Of a DNA stretch of 64,000 nt, positions 8,315 through 19,700 are shown piece by piece. The DNA is taken from IMG/VR virus record IMGVR_UViG_3300021399_000122, positions 32,001 through 96,000 of that record; one strand, 5' to 3'. Both the position numbers and the translations under genes were made by a program. The stretch comes from a virus (taxonomy: Duplodnaviria > Caudoviricetes). Positions within the stretch are counted from its first letter, which is position 1. Every line of letters begins with the position of its first letter. The notes under the pieces were generated by a model, which saw nothing but the letters and a program-made list of their open reading frames with translations, was not told the DNA's origin and ran no database searches.

Positions 8315-11300
8315 ATGAGCAATAACGGTAGCAGAGACCTACATTACCATGCCGGTGATATTAATATTGACCTCAATGCAAAATTAAAAGCAGAATTAGC
8401 CGAGGCCCGTGCGGATTTAACTGCCACAAAGGCGCAGCTCGAGGCTAACAATCAAAGCTTAGAAACATATAAGATTAAAGCGGAAGCGGCGGCGGATTCG
8501 CAACAAAGACTGAACAATCAGATCGCAGCCTTGCGATCATCACTTGCCGCCGCCGAGGAAGGTCTCGAAACACTTAAATACGAAACAAATTTCGATCAGT
8601 ACGCAGCTACGGCAAAAAGAGCGGTGGCTGAGTTTAAGGCGTTTTTAACAACCGTAAATTTCAGTGACGTCGATGGAACCTGGCACGACGACGTAAGCCT
8701 GTGGCTTGAAGATCTTGAGAACGGTGCAATGACCGCTGGGCAGGCAATTGCCGAGTTCAAAGCAGAATACACATCATATTTGAATGAAGTTTCTTCTGGC
8801 GGAGGAGGCTTAGACTTACAATCATTTCAATCCTTGTTGGCTACGCTAGAAGAACTAAAAGATTCGCTCGAAAGCGTACTGGAAGAGGTTCGTTTAATCC
8901 GCGAGGAAGGCGTTACCACCGTACAGTCGCAGAGCGGCGTCGGTGGCGTCCTTGAGCAGCTTCAACAGGCCACGCAGGGACTATCGGAAGAATCTAAAGA
9001 GGCATATGATACAATTACCAAACTCGTTACAGGGCTGAACGATTATGGAAATATCGATGCCTCTAAATTATATGCAATAACTAATGCGTTCATTAGTTTG
9101 CAAAATATTGGAAGCGGCACATTTTCAACTAAGACAGTTGAAAACATTATTAGCATGGCTAAGCAATTGGCCGCAGTTGGCCAAGCCGGCCCGATCACCC
9201 TGTCGCTTGATGTTAGTGCCATTGATGGTATTAAGGTCAGCAAAGCGTCCTTAAAGGCACTTGCTGAAAATCTGCCAGAGATTTCTAAGGCGGATGGCGA
9301 TCAGCTCCAAAAAATATTCGCCGCCGACCCTACAAATGGCATAAATAATATTAATGTTAGTAAGGCGAGCCTGGAACATCTCGCAACGAAGTTGCCTGAG
9401 ATTACAAAGATCAACTCTAAAAAGCTCGCAGATATACTTAACGTAAATACAGCCGGGATCAACAGTTTAAAAGTAAGTAAGGCATCTGTAGAAAACATCG
9501 CCAATCTTGCGCGGGCTGCTCAGATATTAAAAGAAAACAATGTAGACCTAACACTAAAAGGCGACCCTAGCGAAGAGCTTAATAAGATAGCGCAGAAGAT
9601 GAGCCAGATCGGCGATGCGGCTGAAACTGCCGCTGACGCCGTCAACGATCTATCGGGTGCATTAGGTTCTCGGGATCTTGAGCCTACCGAGCCAGATGGC
9701 TACAGCCCATTAAATGGAAAAGACTTGGCGGGTAGTGTAAAGAGTGCTTTAAGGTTGCAGGAAGTTCCCGCAGAAAATATTAAAGAAGTTACCAAAGCGG
9801 TTGCTGGAATGCGTGGCGAATTTGTCAGCGCAACAGCGGCATGGCGTGATTACGGGGAAGAAGGACGACACGTCACATCAGTTGTCGTACAAACGGCTAC
9901 TGAGGCGGAAAACGGTATCCAGAAGCTGACTTCACAGGTTGTCGAATTCAAAAGAAATGTGAACGAAGAGACCGGAGAGGTAACGTGGACGTCTAAGCTT
10001 GCCAGCGGAATAGAAAAAATCAAAGCAGTTGCAGACAGTGCAGCGCAATCGACCGATAAGTTAATCAAGCAAAGTGACGCACTCTCCCTAGCCAAGTTGG
10101 ATGATCTTCGTTTAAATGCCGAAAGGGCGATCCAATCAGCATTACGGTCGGGTGTTGGCGACGATAACGATTCTATTGATGCTTTGCGGACGCTTCAGTC
10201 TGTCCTTGGCGATGTGGAATCTGAGTTGAGAAATGCAGATTATTCGCAGAGTGCCTTTAACGAAATCACAAAAGAAGCAAGCGCATTGATTAGTGTTCAC
10301 TCCAAGCAACTCGGTTTTGCGGTACAACAGCAAAAGGAAGAAGCGGCGGCTGTCCGTGAGGCTGAAAAAGCAAAGGCGGCTCTCGTAGATAGGACTAAAG
10401 CTCAAGCAGCCGTAGAGGCAGAGCTTAATAAAGTAATCGGGCCGCTCTATGGCGACGCTATTAAAAACGGCATTTCAGAGAGCGACCCGGGCATGCAGCA
10501 GTTGCAGGCTTATGCATCTGAGCTCTACGCGCTTTATGACTGGATGCAGAATGACGCCAATATGACACAAGCGGAGTTCGAAGAGCATCTTAAAAATATC
10601 AAAGCTTACTATTCAAGTTCAACATCGGCAGTCAAGCAAAGTATTGCTGTTACCAAAGAAGCGGCAAAGGCCGAAAAGGAATTAAATAAGAATCTTGCCT
10701 CTTCCGCGAAAGTTCGCGAATCGGTTGCATCTGCTGTTGAGAGGTATAAGAAGGCAGAATCGTCTTCCGACGAAAACGTTCGGCAGAGTTATTTGAACAT
10801 CCAGTCTCTGACTAACAAGCTGGCAGTCCTTGAAACGAGATATAAAAAAGGAGACATCTCGGCAGAGCAGTTCAAAAAGGGAATTGCAGACGCGAACGCG
10901 GAGCTTCGTAGGAGTTCTCAGTCGCTTGATGACGCTGGCTACGGTGTAGACGGCCTGTCAACAAAGTTCGCAAGGCTCACGCAGGAGCTCGGCCGATTCC
11001 TCTCCCCTTTCCTCCTTGCGCGTCAGGCATGGCAGACCATCAAGCAGATGGCGAACGTGGTCATCGAATTGGAAGATGCGTTTGCCCAGTTGCAGATTGT
11101 AACCGGCGCAACAGATAAGGAACTCGAGGAGTTCTATTCGACAGCTTCTGATATCGCAACAAACCTCGGTAAGAGCATCACCGATATTGCGAAGTCTATT
11201 GAGGTCTTCTCAAGATTGGGTTACTCCCTTCCGGACGCAACAGTGCTTGCAGAGTATGCAACCATGTTGTCAAATGTTGCGAGCGTAACAACTGACCAGG

Positions 11301-14300
11301 CTACTACCGGTCTCACCTCTATCATCAAAGGTTATAACATGCACGTCGAGGACGCCGAACACGTCTCCGACGTTTTAGTTAGCATCGGTCAGAAGTACGC
11401 GGTCTCTGCTGGTGAAATGATGGAGGCCTACGAAAAGGCTGGTGCGGCATTAGCGGCAACCAACACATCATTTGATAAATCGGCGGCGTTAATTGCTGCG
11501 GCAAACGCTGCAGTGCAAAACTCGTCTATTGTAGGAACTGCCCTGAAAACAATTTCTGCAAGAATCAGAGGTTCTAAAACAGACCTCGAGGAGCTTGGTG
11601 AAAGTACAGAAGACCTCGCCGACGGTTTCTCTAAATACGCAAAAGAAATTAAGGCATTAACCAATGTCGACATCATGGTTGAAGGAACAACCAATCAGTT
11701 CAAAGACCTGTACGACATCATGGATGAAATCGCCGAGGTATGGGACGACCTCACCGATACACAACAAGCAAGAACCGCCGAGATCCTTGGTGGCACAAGG
11801 CAGTTGCAGGTTATTGCATCTATCATCAACAACTGGAAAGACGCGCAAGGCGCTTATGTGGACGCGCAGAATTCGGCTGGCGAAGCCGCCCGCGCAAACT
11901 CCATTTATATGGATACTGCAACGGCACACATGAACCAGTTCAAGGCCGCCTTCCAAGAATTAGCACACACAATTATTGATAGTGATTTCCTTAAGCAGGT
12001 TATTGACATTGGAACGGCGATGCTTAAAGCGGCAGACGCCGTTACAAGGTTCATTGAGTCGGCTGGAGGATTGGCGCCTCTTTTAATCAATATTTCCGGG
12101 TTGCTCCTTGTCCTAAGAGGAAATGACATCATCAAATTGCTCAGCAAGGCTGGCACTGCTATGGCAAGCCTTATTAGTACCGTTGGTACTTGGCTAGGGA
12201 CGTTAACAACGGCTGGCGCAGGTGTTATTACGACACTGGATATGGTCGAAGTAAGCGCAACATCCGCAGCGGCTGCAACTGCGCCACTGACAGGAATCAT
12301 TGGTGCGGTAATGGTTGCTGCATCTGCACTTGCCGCAATGGTTATCAGAACAAAGAACAGCATTGCACAAGCTCGTGAAGAGACTATTAGAGCTGGTGAG
12401 GCAGCGGCCACCGAAAGTGCTGAGCTTGTAAACCTTACACAAGCGTATGAAGAACTTGTTAAAGTTGGTTCTGACAGCGCCGCAATTATTGAAGCTAGAG
12501 ACAAGGTACTTGATAAACTGCATGTTGAGTATGACGAGCTCCAGCGGCTGATTGCCGAGTACGGATCATATGAAGAGGCAATTAAACACGCAGCAGCGTC
12601 ACAGGTAGCAGCACAGCGTGCTACATTGCAAGGCGCGTATAACAACGCGGCAAAGAATCTTACGTCGAGCGGATATGAGAGTGCTGGGGCAGCGCACAGA
12701 ATTGATTATGGCGACAACCCAGCTGCAGATAGACGTGCGATCAAAGCTTTGTCTGGCGCAGGATATATAAGCGGCTCTTCCAACGGATTCGGAGGGAGCG
12801 TCGTTAACTATAACCTTGGGGATCTTTCTACAACCGAAGGCATCATCGAAGCGTATGGCAGACTGCACGACATGATGAATATGTTGATCGATGATGGCCA
12901 TGCAAATACAGCCGTATATCAGGATCTTTATAATCTGTATACACAACTCCAAGTCGGTGTAGATTCTTACAATAGCGCACTGAACAACTTAATCGCAAAC
13001 GAGCTGCAGCAACAATACCTTGAGCAAGGTGTTCCTCAGACTGCCGCCGAGTATTCCAACCTCCGTAATCAATTGATCTCAACAGTAATGGCATCGGATC
13101 AATTCTCTGGGTCTATGGCCGAGGCCGGTGCAGTTGTTGACGACTTCCTTGGCAAACAATACGGGCTCGAAGAATTCTCTAACGGCATTCAAGGTGCATT
13201 TAGTAATATCACAAGCGGAGCCGACGCAATCAATGCAGTGCATGATGCGTTTAAGGGTGTCAAGGATACAATCGATGGAGTCACGAGCTCATTGCAGGCG
13301 GTCAGCTCGGTACAAGATCTTGTAGCCAATGGCTTTGTAGTCGATGCTCAGAAAGCTATGGAACTTGCGGCCGCCTACCCCGAAATTCTTGATAACGCAA
13401 CTGTTACCGCAGAAGGTCAGCTTCAATTAAATGAAGCGGCGGTAAACTCGTTTATTGAAGGCAAAGAGAGCGAGATCAACGCGTCAATTGACGCAAAGAT
13501 TGCCGACCTTCGAGCAGACGAAGCTGTGTTGGAGGCGAAGAAGGAATTCGCAACAGGTCAATTACAGATGGCTCAAGCGGTTGCCGAGGGCGAAGATGCT
13601 ATTACGGTATCGCAGTTAAAGAATAGACTTGAAAATTCAAATAAAGTTGTCAACGCCCTTATCCAGATGGGGTACGATGAGGCAACAGCTTATCAGATGG
13701 CGTTGGAGGCAATGTCTGAAAACGTTAGTATCTTCGACGGTAACGTAGGTGATGCGGCGCAAAATATTGCTGACAACTTCGCATCTGCCTCTGAAAGTAG
13801 CGCCAACTCTCTGAACACCAACACGATCCTCATGAATTCCAACATTAACAAGATTACCTCTCACGCCCACGAAGCGGCTAAGGCCGTGAATGGAATCGGA
13901 AGTGGTAATGTTGCTGGTAACGTTTATGATGATGGTGGAGCCGGATCTGCGCATGTCAAAAACTTTAACAAAGCCACAAATAAAAGGGCGCTTGTCAATG
14001 CTGCAGTCAGAGAGAGCAACCGCAACAATGTCGACCTTCAAAATCTGATTTCTAACATTAAAGCGGATATCAGCGGGTACACCGCAGCGATCGGCGCCAT
14101 CCACGGCCAGATTAGTGCGTTAGAGGGGTTGCGCAACTCTGCAATAAGCGGTATTCGAAATTATAAGCCGAGCTCATCTGGCGGCTCCGGAGGTTCCGGT
14201 GGCGGTGGTGGAGGTGGCGGTGGCGGAGGCGGAGGTTCTGGCTCTGGCTCTTCTGAGAAAGAAGAGACTTGGTTCCAGAAACAATACAAACTCCACCAAC

Positions 14301-15784
14301 ACTACGTCAATATGGATCAGGAGACAACCGCCGACTTCCTGAAATGGTTGGAAAAGGCCTATAAGCAAGCGTACAAGGAAGGTATCATCACACTTGATGA
14401 ATACTACAAGTACGAAGAGGAAATTTACAACGGCTACAACAAGATTAAGGAAGCGGCCAAGTCTACCTTTGATGCGCTCGTTGACTACCGCGTCAAGATG
14501 CTTAAGCAGGATCGTGAGAATCAGAAGGATTCAATCAACGACCAGCTCAACGACCTCAAGGATTTCTACAACAAGCAAAAAGAAATGTTGCAGAAACAGC
14601 AGGATGAGGAAAAGTATCTTGATGAGCAGACGGAGAAGCGAAAGTCTGTAAATGACATTAAACAACAGATTGCACAACTCCAGTTCGATACGTCTGCTTG
14701 GGCACAGAAACGTCGTCAGGAGTTGCTGCAGGAACTGTCTGACGCCGAAAAGGATCTGCAGGATTTTGAAGATCAGCATGCTTTAGAAGAAGCTTTGAAT
14801 GCTCTGGATGAAGCATATAATGCCGAAGAGGAAAGACTCAACAAGCAGATCGAAGCAATCGATGAAGTGTTGAATGATCCTAACGCCCTTTACAATCAGG
14901 CGCTCGCGGATATCAAAGGCAACACAGAAGATTTGTTTAAGGCGTTCATCCTGTTTAATAAAAAGTACGGCGATGGCGACGACGAGACAATCAAGAAGCT
15001 GTGGGAAGAGGCTTTCAAGAACAATGAGGACTATAAGAAGATTGTCGGCAAGTATTACGAAGATACGAAGATCGGCAATTATACAGGATATAAAGCCCCT
15101 ACCCCGCCGACAAATCCTCAGCCTCCGACCAGCAGTAGCAGTTCTTCAAAGAGCAGTAGCAGTAGTAGCAGCTCTTCAAGCAGAAGTTCCGCCCCTTCCC
15201 TTTCATCTGGATCAACCGTACAGGTGAAAACGTCTGCGACACATTTCAGCCCCAAGAGCGGAAGCGTGCGCATGGCGTCATTTGTACCGGGCGGTCAATA
15301 CACCGTGTATCAGACTAGCGGCAATGAAGTTCTCATTGGCCGTGGCGGTGTATATACTGGATGGATTTATCGCTCTGACATTGTTGGCTATAAAAAGGGA
15401 ACGAAGAACGCGACACCTGGTCTGCATAAGATTAACGAGGAAGGCACCGAAGCTATCTTCTCATCTGGTGACGGCAACCAATACCGCATGTTCAACGGAG
15501 GAGAAAAAGTTCTCAATGCAAAGGCTACAAACTTCCTGTATGAGTTTGCGATGGCCGGCGCAGAGATTCTCGACAAGATGCGTGGCGCATCTAAGGATGT
15601 GTTCAGGGGTGTGGGCACTATCAATCAGCCCATTGATATCAACATGGGTGACATTATTATTAATGGAAATATTGATAAGCAGAGCGTTTCTGACATCCGC
15701 CGTGCACAGCGTGAACAGGTTAACGATGTCCTTAAGGCATTCAATAAATATCAAATCACTCTCTACAGAGGGGTTAGAAAATAA
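8315..15784 (+). CDS. Tail tape measure protein
   Basis: 2489 aa, Ala-rich helical; TP901-type core (LEDAFAQLQIVTG...FSRLGYS...GTALKTISARIRG); central hydrophobic segments; precedes the distal tail gene. Confidence 0.92.
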   Translation: MSNNGSRDLHYHAGDINIDLNAKLKAELAEARADLTATKAQLEANNQSLETYKIKAEAAADSQQRLNNQIAALRSSLAAAEEGLETLKYETNFDQYAATAKRAVAEFKAFLTTVNFSDVDGTWHDDVSLWLEDLENGAMTAGQAIAEFKAEYTSYLNEVSSGGGGLDLQSFQSLLATLEELKDSLESVLEEVRLIREEGVTTVQSQSGVGGVLEQLQQATQGLSEESKEAYDTITKLVTGLNDYGNIDASKLYAITNAFISLQNIGSGTFSTKTVENIISMAKQLAAVGQAGPITLSLDVSAIDGIKVSKASLKALAENLPEISKADGDQLQKIFAADPTNGINNINVSKASLEHLATKLPEITKINSKKLADILNVNTAGINSLKVSKASVENIANLARAAQILKENNVDLTLKGDPSEELNKIAQKMSQIGDAAETAADAVNDLSGALGSRDLEPTEPDGYSPLNGKDLAGSVKSALRLQEVPAENIKEVTKAVAGMRGEFVSATAAWRDYGEEGRHVTSVVVQTATEAENGIQKLTSQVVEFKRNVNEETGEVTWTSKLASGIEKIKAVADSAAQSTDKLIKQSDALSLAKLDDLRLNAERAIQSALRSGVGDDNDSIDALRTLQSVLGDVESELRNADYSQSAFNEITKEASALISVHSKQLGFAVQQQKEEAAAVREAEKAKAALVDRTKAQAAVEAELNKVIGPLYGDAIKNGISESDPGMQQLQAYASELYALYDWMQNDANMTQAEFEEHLKNIKAYYSSSTSAVKQSIAVTKEAAKAEKELNKNLASSAKVRESVASAVERYKKAESSSDENVRQSYLNIQSLTNKLAVLETRYKKGDISAEQFKKGIADANAELRRSSQSLDDAGYGVDGLSTKFARLTQELGRFLSPFLLARQAWQTIKQMANVVIELEDAFAQLQIVTGATDKELEEFYSTASDIATNLGKSITDIAKSIEVFSRLGYSLPDATVLAEYATMLSNVASVTTDQATTGLTSIIKGYNMHVEDAEHVSDVLVSIGQKYAVSAGEMMEAYEKAGAALAATNTSFDKSAALIAAANAAVQNSSIVGTALKTISARIRGSKTDLEELGESTEDLADGFSKYAKEIKALTNVDIMVEGTTNQFKDLYDIMDEIAEVWDDLTDTQQARTAEILGGTRQLQVIASIINNWKDAQGAYVDAQNSAGEAARANSIYMDTATAHMNQFKAAFQELAHTIIDSDFLKQVIDIGTAMLKAADAVTRFIESAGGLAPLLINISGLLLVLRGNDIIKLLSKAGTAMASLISTVGTWLGTLTTAGAGVITTLDMVEVSATSAAAATAPLTGIIGAVMVAASALAAMVIRTKNSIAQAREETIRAGEAAATESAELVNLTQAYEELVKVGSDSAAIIEARDKVLDKLHVEYDELQRLIAEYGSYEEAIKHAAASQVAAQRATLQGAYNNAAKNLTSSGYESAGAAHRIDYGDNPAADRRAIKALSGAGYISGSSNGFGGSVVNYNLGDLSTTEGIIEAYGRLHDMMNMLIDDGHANTAVYQDLYNLYTQLQVGVDSYNSALNNLIANELQQQYLEQGVPQTAAEYSNLRNQLISTVMASDQFSGSMAEAGAVVDDFLGKQYGLEEFSNGIQGAFSNITSGADAINAVHDAFKGVKDTIDGVTSSLQAVSSVQDLVANGFVVDAQKAMELAAAYPEILDNATVTAEGQLQLNEAAVNSFIEGKESEINASIDAKIADLRADEAVLEAKKEFATGQLQMAQAVAEGEDAITVSQLKNRLENSNKVVNALIQMGYDEATAYQMALEAMSENVSIFDGNVGDAAQNIADNFASASESSANSLNTNTILMNSNINKITSHAHEAAKAVNGIGSGNVAGNVYDDGGAGSAHVKNFNKATNKRALVNAAVRESNRNNVDLQNLISNIKADISGYTAAIGAIHGQISALEGLRNSAISGIRNYKPSSSGGSGGSGGGGGGGGGGGGGSGSGSSEKEETWFQKQYKLHQHYVNMDQETTADFLKWLEKAYKQAYKEGIITLDEYYKYEEEIYNGYNKIKEAAKSTFDALVDYRVKMLKQDRENQKDSINDQLNDLKDFYNKQKEMLQKQQDEEKYLDEQTEKRKSVNDIKQQIAQLQFDTSAWAQKRRQELLQELSDAEKDLQDFEDQHALEEALNALDEAYNAEEERLNKQIEAIDEVLNDPNALYNQALADIKGNTEDLFKAFILFNKKYGDGDDETIKKLWEEAFKNNEDYKKIVGKYYEDTKIGNYTGYKAPTPPTNPQPPTSSSSSSKSSSSSSSSSSRSSAPSLSSGSTVQVKTSATHFSPKSGSVRMASFVPGGQYTVYQTSGNEVLIGRGGVYTGWIYRSDIVGYKKGTKNATPGLHKINEEGTEAIFSSGDGNQYRMFNGGEKVLNAKATNFLYEFAMAGAEILDKMRGASKDVFRGVGTINQPIDINMGDIIINGNIDKQSVSDIRRAQREQVNDVLKAFNKYQITLYRGVRK

Positions 15785-15845
15785 TTTCAAACGGAGTGTC
15801 TCGCCAATCATCCATTTGATTGGCGGGGCATATCCGCCCTATCAA

Positions 15846-15863
15846 GCCCGTATGGGCATTTTT
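15846..15863 (+). terminator. Possible terminator after the tape measure gene
   Basis: GCCC-GTAT-GGGC plus ATTTTT; a second hairpin CGCCAATCA/TGATTGGCG lies at about 15802-15825. Confidence 0.45.
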
Positions 15864-15905
15864 ATGTATATGAAAATATCATTTTAGAAAGGAGCCCGAA
15901 GAACT

Positions 15906-16754
15906 ATGGCAGATATATATGGATCGCACTTCACCTATGGTGGAACGCTTTCATCGACATATGGCATTATGATTGCCAGCGTTGAGTCCGAACGGTTCAC
16001 TCAGGTTGCCGGTACGATTGCCGGCGTGACGATCTTTAACAAAAGCGGCAAGCGGAATTATCTGATTGACGATGACTACTCTGGGTCTCCGCTTTCATTT
16101 GATGTTGATATTGTTACAGATGACGGCAGGACGTTAAGCAACTCTGAATGTCGTGCCATCGAGAAGTGGCTGTTCAATCGCCACAGGTATCGCAAGCTCT
16201 ACGTCGATCACTTGGACGAATGTGGGCTTGCCACAGAGGACTACTCCGCCGAGACAATTGACGGTGAAGAAAAGCGCCTGTATCTGAACTGCCGATTCAT
16301 CAACACATTCTACCTCGAGTACGAGGGCGGCATTGTTGGATATCGGGCAACGCTCGAAGCTGATAATGGCTACTGGTATCAGGACGCTATCACCAAAACC
16401 ATCGATGTCAATAACACATCAGCCTCTGCGACATCTACATTCACTATCGATGTTGACACAGATATCGACGATTACACCTATCCGCGAGTTACCATCAAGA
16501 TGGATAGCGCTGGCGGCGAGGTCACACTTATTAACCAGACAGACAACAGCGCAAGATTTACTTCGTTTGTTGATATTGCTGGTGGTGCAACCGTAATCAT
16601 TGATAGCGAATATAACTATATCAACGATCAATACTATCTGAAGTTTTCCAAGCAGAACTTCCCTCGCCTTCTTGACGGCCCGAACAACTTCACCGTCATC
16701 GGCGCAGTTAAATCAATTACGTTTACTTATAGTAACAGGAGGAACCTTCGGTGA
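15906..16754 (+). CDS. Distal tail protein (Dit-like)
   Basis: Follows the tape measure gene; HFTYGG..SSTYGI start, IEKWLF, and FPRLLDGPNNFTV end typical of Dit proteins. Confidence 0.75.
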   Translation: MADIYGSHFTYGGTLSSTYGIMIASVESERFTQVAGTIAGVTIFNKSGKRNYLIDDDYSGSPLSFDVDIVTDDGRTLSNSECRAIEKWLFNRHRYRKLYVDHLDECGLATEDYSAETIDGEEKRLYLNCRFINTFYLEYEGGIVGYRATLEADNGYWYQDAITKTIDVNNTSASATSTFTIDVDTDIDDYTYPRVTIKMDSAGGEVTLINQTDNSARFTSFVDIAGGATVIIDSEYNYINDQYYLKFSKQNFPRLLDGPNNFTVIGAVKSITFTYSNRRNLR

Positions 16755-19700
16755 TCGTTAAGTATGATTCACTTAACCGTTTTGAGAAGCCGAAGTTAAT
16801 ACTCTGTAACCCCGGTGCTAAATACACCAATGGGCGATTGACAAATGTTCTAGGCACCCTTTCTGATTATGATTCTGAAGAAATCGTCTTTAATTTTAAT
16901 TCAACGTCAGACTTGAACTTCCGCATTTATAAGGTCGAACACGACGATCCTGAGCGTAACGCTCACAGTGCGTTCCTTTACAACGCCATCAAGAATAAGC
17001 GATTGATTTTTGCGGAGAACATCGGGTTCTTTGTAATCGATGATATCAATGTTGGATACGAAGGATTAATTGATTATATTGACGTTACGGCACACTCTGC
17101 AGAGGCAGAGATCGAGCAGAAGAAGGTGCCGTATATTGAGAACAATACATATCGCTTCAGAACCGGCGTTGGCTCTGAGGCGCAGCAAGAAGGCCTATTC
17201 GATACACTCGTATCCCTCCTCCCCCAGTGGGAGATTGGAGAGGTCGATGATGCGGTCGCTGAGAGATATAGAACATTCGAAGATGTCTCCATCGATGCGA
17301 ACATCCTTTCGTTTATGCTTCAGGACATGCAGAATGCATACGAGTGTATCTTTGTCTTCGACACCATTAACAGGGTTATTAATGTATACGATCAGAATAA
17401 TTATGTACGTTTGACCAACATTCATCTTACTAAAGATGATCTGATCGATACGTTGCACATCGAGGAAAACTCCGGCGATGTATATACTGCCGTCAGTGTG
17501 TTGGGCGGCGAAAACATTACCATTGGGGCGGTCAACCCATTGGGAACAAATACGATCTATGATTTCTCGTATTATCTGGATTGGATGAGCGAAGGCTTGT
17601 CTGCGAAGGTGCGCAGGTGGCAACAGCTTGTTGCCGACAAGGAGAGCGAGTATTACAGCTATAGCCTGCAATACTACAATAAGCTCAACGAGTGTTCCGG
17701 CTCTTCGCAGTCTATTCAGCAACTGCAAACGCAGATCACAATCTACAAGAGGCTTCGTGCGAACATTGTCGCCGGGTCAAGTGCATACGCTTTGGCAGAG
17801 TATAACCAGGTTATTCTGGAGAATGGCGGAACTGTAGTTCCGATTACAGAGAACATCTCTGCAATGCTTGCACAGATTGATAGATTGATCGGTGAATGCC
17901 AGACACAGATCGACACGTTGAATCAGGAGCTTGATGCAGCCAACGAAGAATTGGATGCGCTCGAGGCCTCCATTAAAGGCATTGTCGACTCGGTCGCTCT
18001 GACAAGTTACTTCACCCAAGAAGAGTATGATGAGCTGTATTACTACATCTTCGAGGGAAGCTATACAGATGAATACGTGGTTATCACGGACATCATGACC
18101 CCGATCGAACGCTTTGAACAGATGAAGATTCTGTACGATCGTGCGCAGTCACAGCTGAAGCGCGTGAGTAAGCCAACCCAGCAGTTCACGCTGGACGTTG
18201 AGAACTTTATCTTTGCAAAGGAATTCGAGCATTGGTCAGGACAATTAGAGACGGGTTGCCTCATTAATGTCGAACTTGACAACGATGATATAGCGCCCCT
18301 TTTCTTAACTAACATTACAATCAACTATGACGACCATGCATTATCAATGACGTTTGGAAACAGGTTCAACAAGTATGATCCGAAAACGTTATTTGAAAAT
18401 GTCCTTGGCGGAATTAATAAATCTGCCAATACACTTAATTATTTGAAAGAGACTGTCTACCCCATCAAGAGCGGTGAGTTCAACGCAATGCGCGAACAGA
18501 TTCAGGCTTCCAGAGACTTGACGATGGATGCAGCTCTGTCTTCTGAGAATGAAGAAGTCACTATCGATGGCTCCGGTTACACCGGCAGAGAAAAGATTAG
18601 TGATGACGAATATGACCCGAGGCAGGTTAAGCTGACGGGTAAGAGCCTCGTCTTCACCGATGACGCATGGGAGACTTGTAAAGTCGCCATCGGTCAGATT
18701 ATTCTTGGTGACGGTACAGTAACATACGGCGTTAATGCAGAGACAATCATAGGCGACTTGATCATTGGCAATCAGCTTGTCATTAAGGACAACGACGGCA
18801 ATGATCTTTTTACTATTATTGACAACAGAGTCTCATCGGAAGTTTCTACAATCAGTGAGCGGCTGAGCCAGATGATTGTAGACACGCAGTACACTTACTG
18901 TGTTCGCGATTACGGAACGGCACCAGCTGCTTCTGATGCAGACTGGACAACTGCTTTCCCTGAGACGTGGGGTGAAGATCAGCGCGTGTGGCGCAAAACA
19001 ACCATCACCTATGAGGACGGCGATACAGAGGTTAAGGCAATTGAGGATATTACTGGAGCAAAAGGCGATGATGGTGTAAGCGTCACCAGTGTTGTAATTG
19101 AATACATATTGAGCGGATCAAAAGAACGCATCACACCGTTAATCTATCCGAGCACTTCGACAATTGTTGGAAGCGATATCTACCCTTCTGCTTCGGAGGA
19201 ATGGAGCACTACGCCACAAGACTATGTTGAGGGACATTATTACTGGCATAGGCTTGTTACCACATACAGTGATGGCAAGGTCGTCTATGGAGACCCGACG
19301 CTTGATAAAGAACTGAATGATCTCTGGGAAGTGACGTCATTGACTCGGTCTTCGCTCACGCAAACACAGGATGCTATCACGGCACTTGTTGAGCGTGTGA
19401 CAACCGGCGAGAGCAACGTGGATAGTCTTTCTCGCGACGTGTCGGCAATTAATCAGCGTGCAGACTCTATCGAGATGAGCGTTACAGACGTTAGACGCGA
19501 CTATGTCACTAAAGACGAGCTTGGCTATAATTCGGCGACGCAAACTTTCGAACAGGGATCTATCTTAGACATGACGTCTCAGACGATTACTGCAAGTGTG
19601 TGGCGTACTGAAGAAGGTCAGTACATTTACGACACGGTTGCGAATCTCGACGAGAACGGTTTATCTGTTTCAACAAAGAATAGTGATAGTACATCTACAA

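Noticed and set aside
9043-15811. Many antisense and alternate-frame ORFs inside the tape measure gene (e.g. 11905..12645 minus)
   Set aside because: Shadow ORFs of a long Ala-rich gene, with no motifs or SD.
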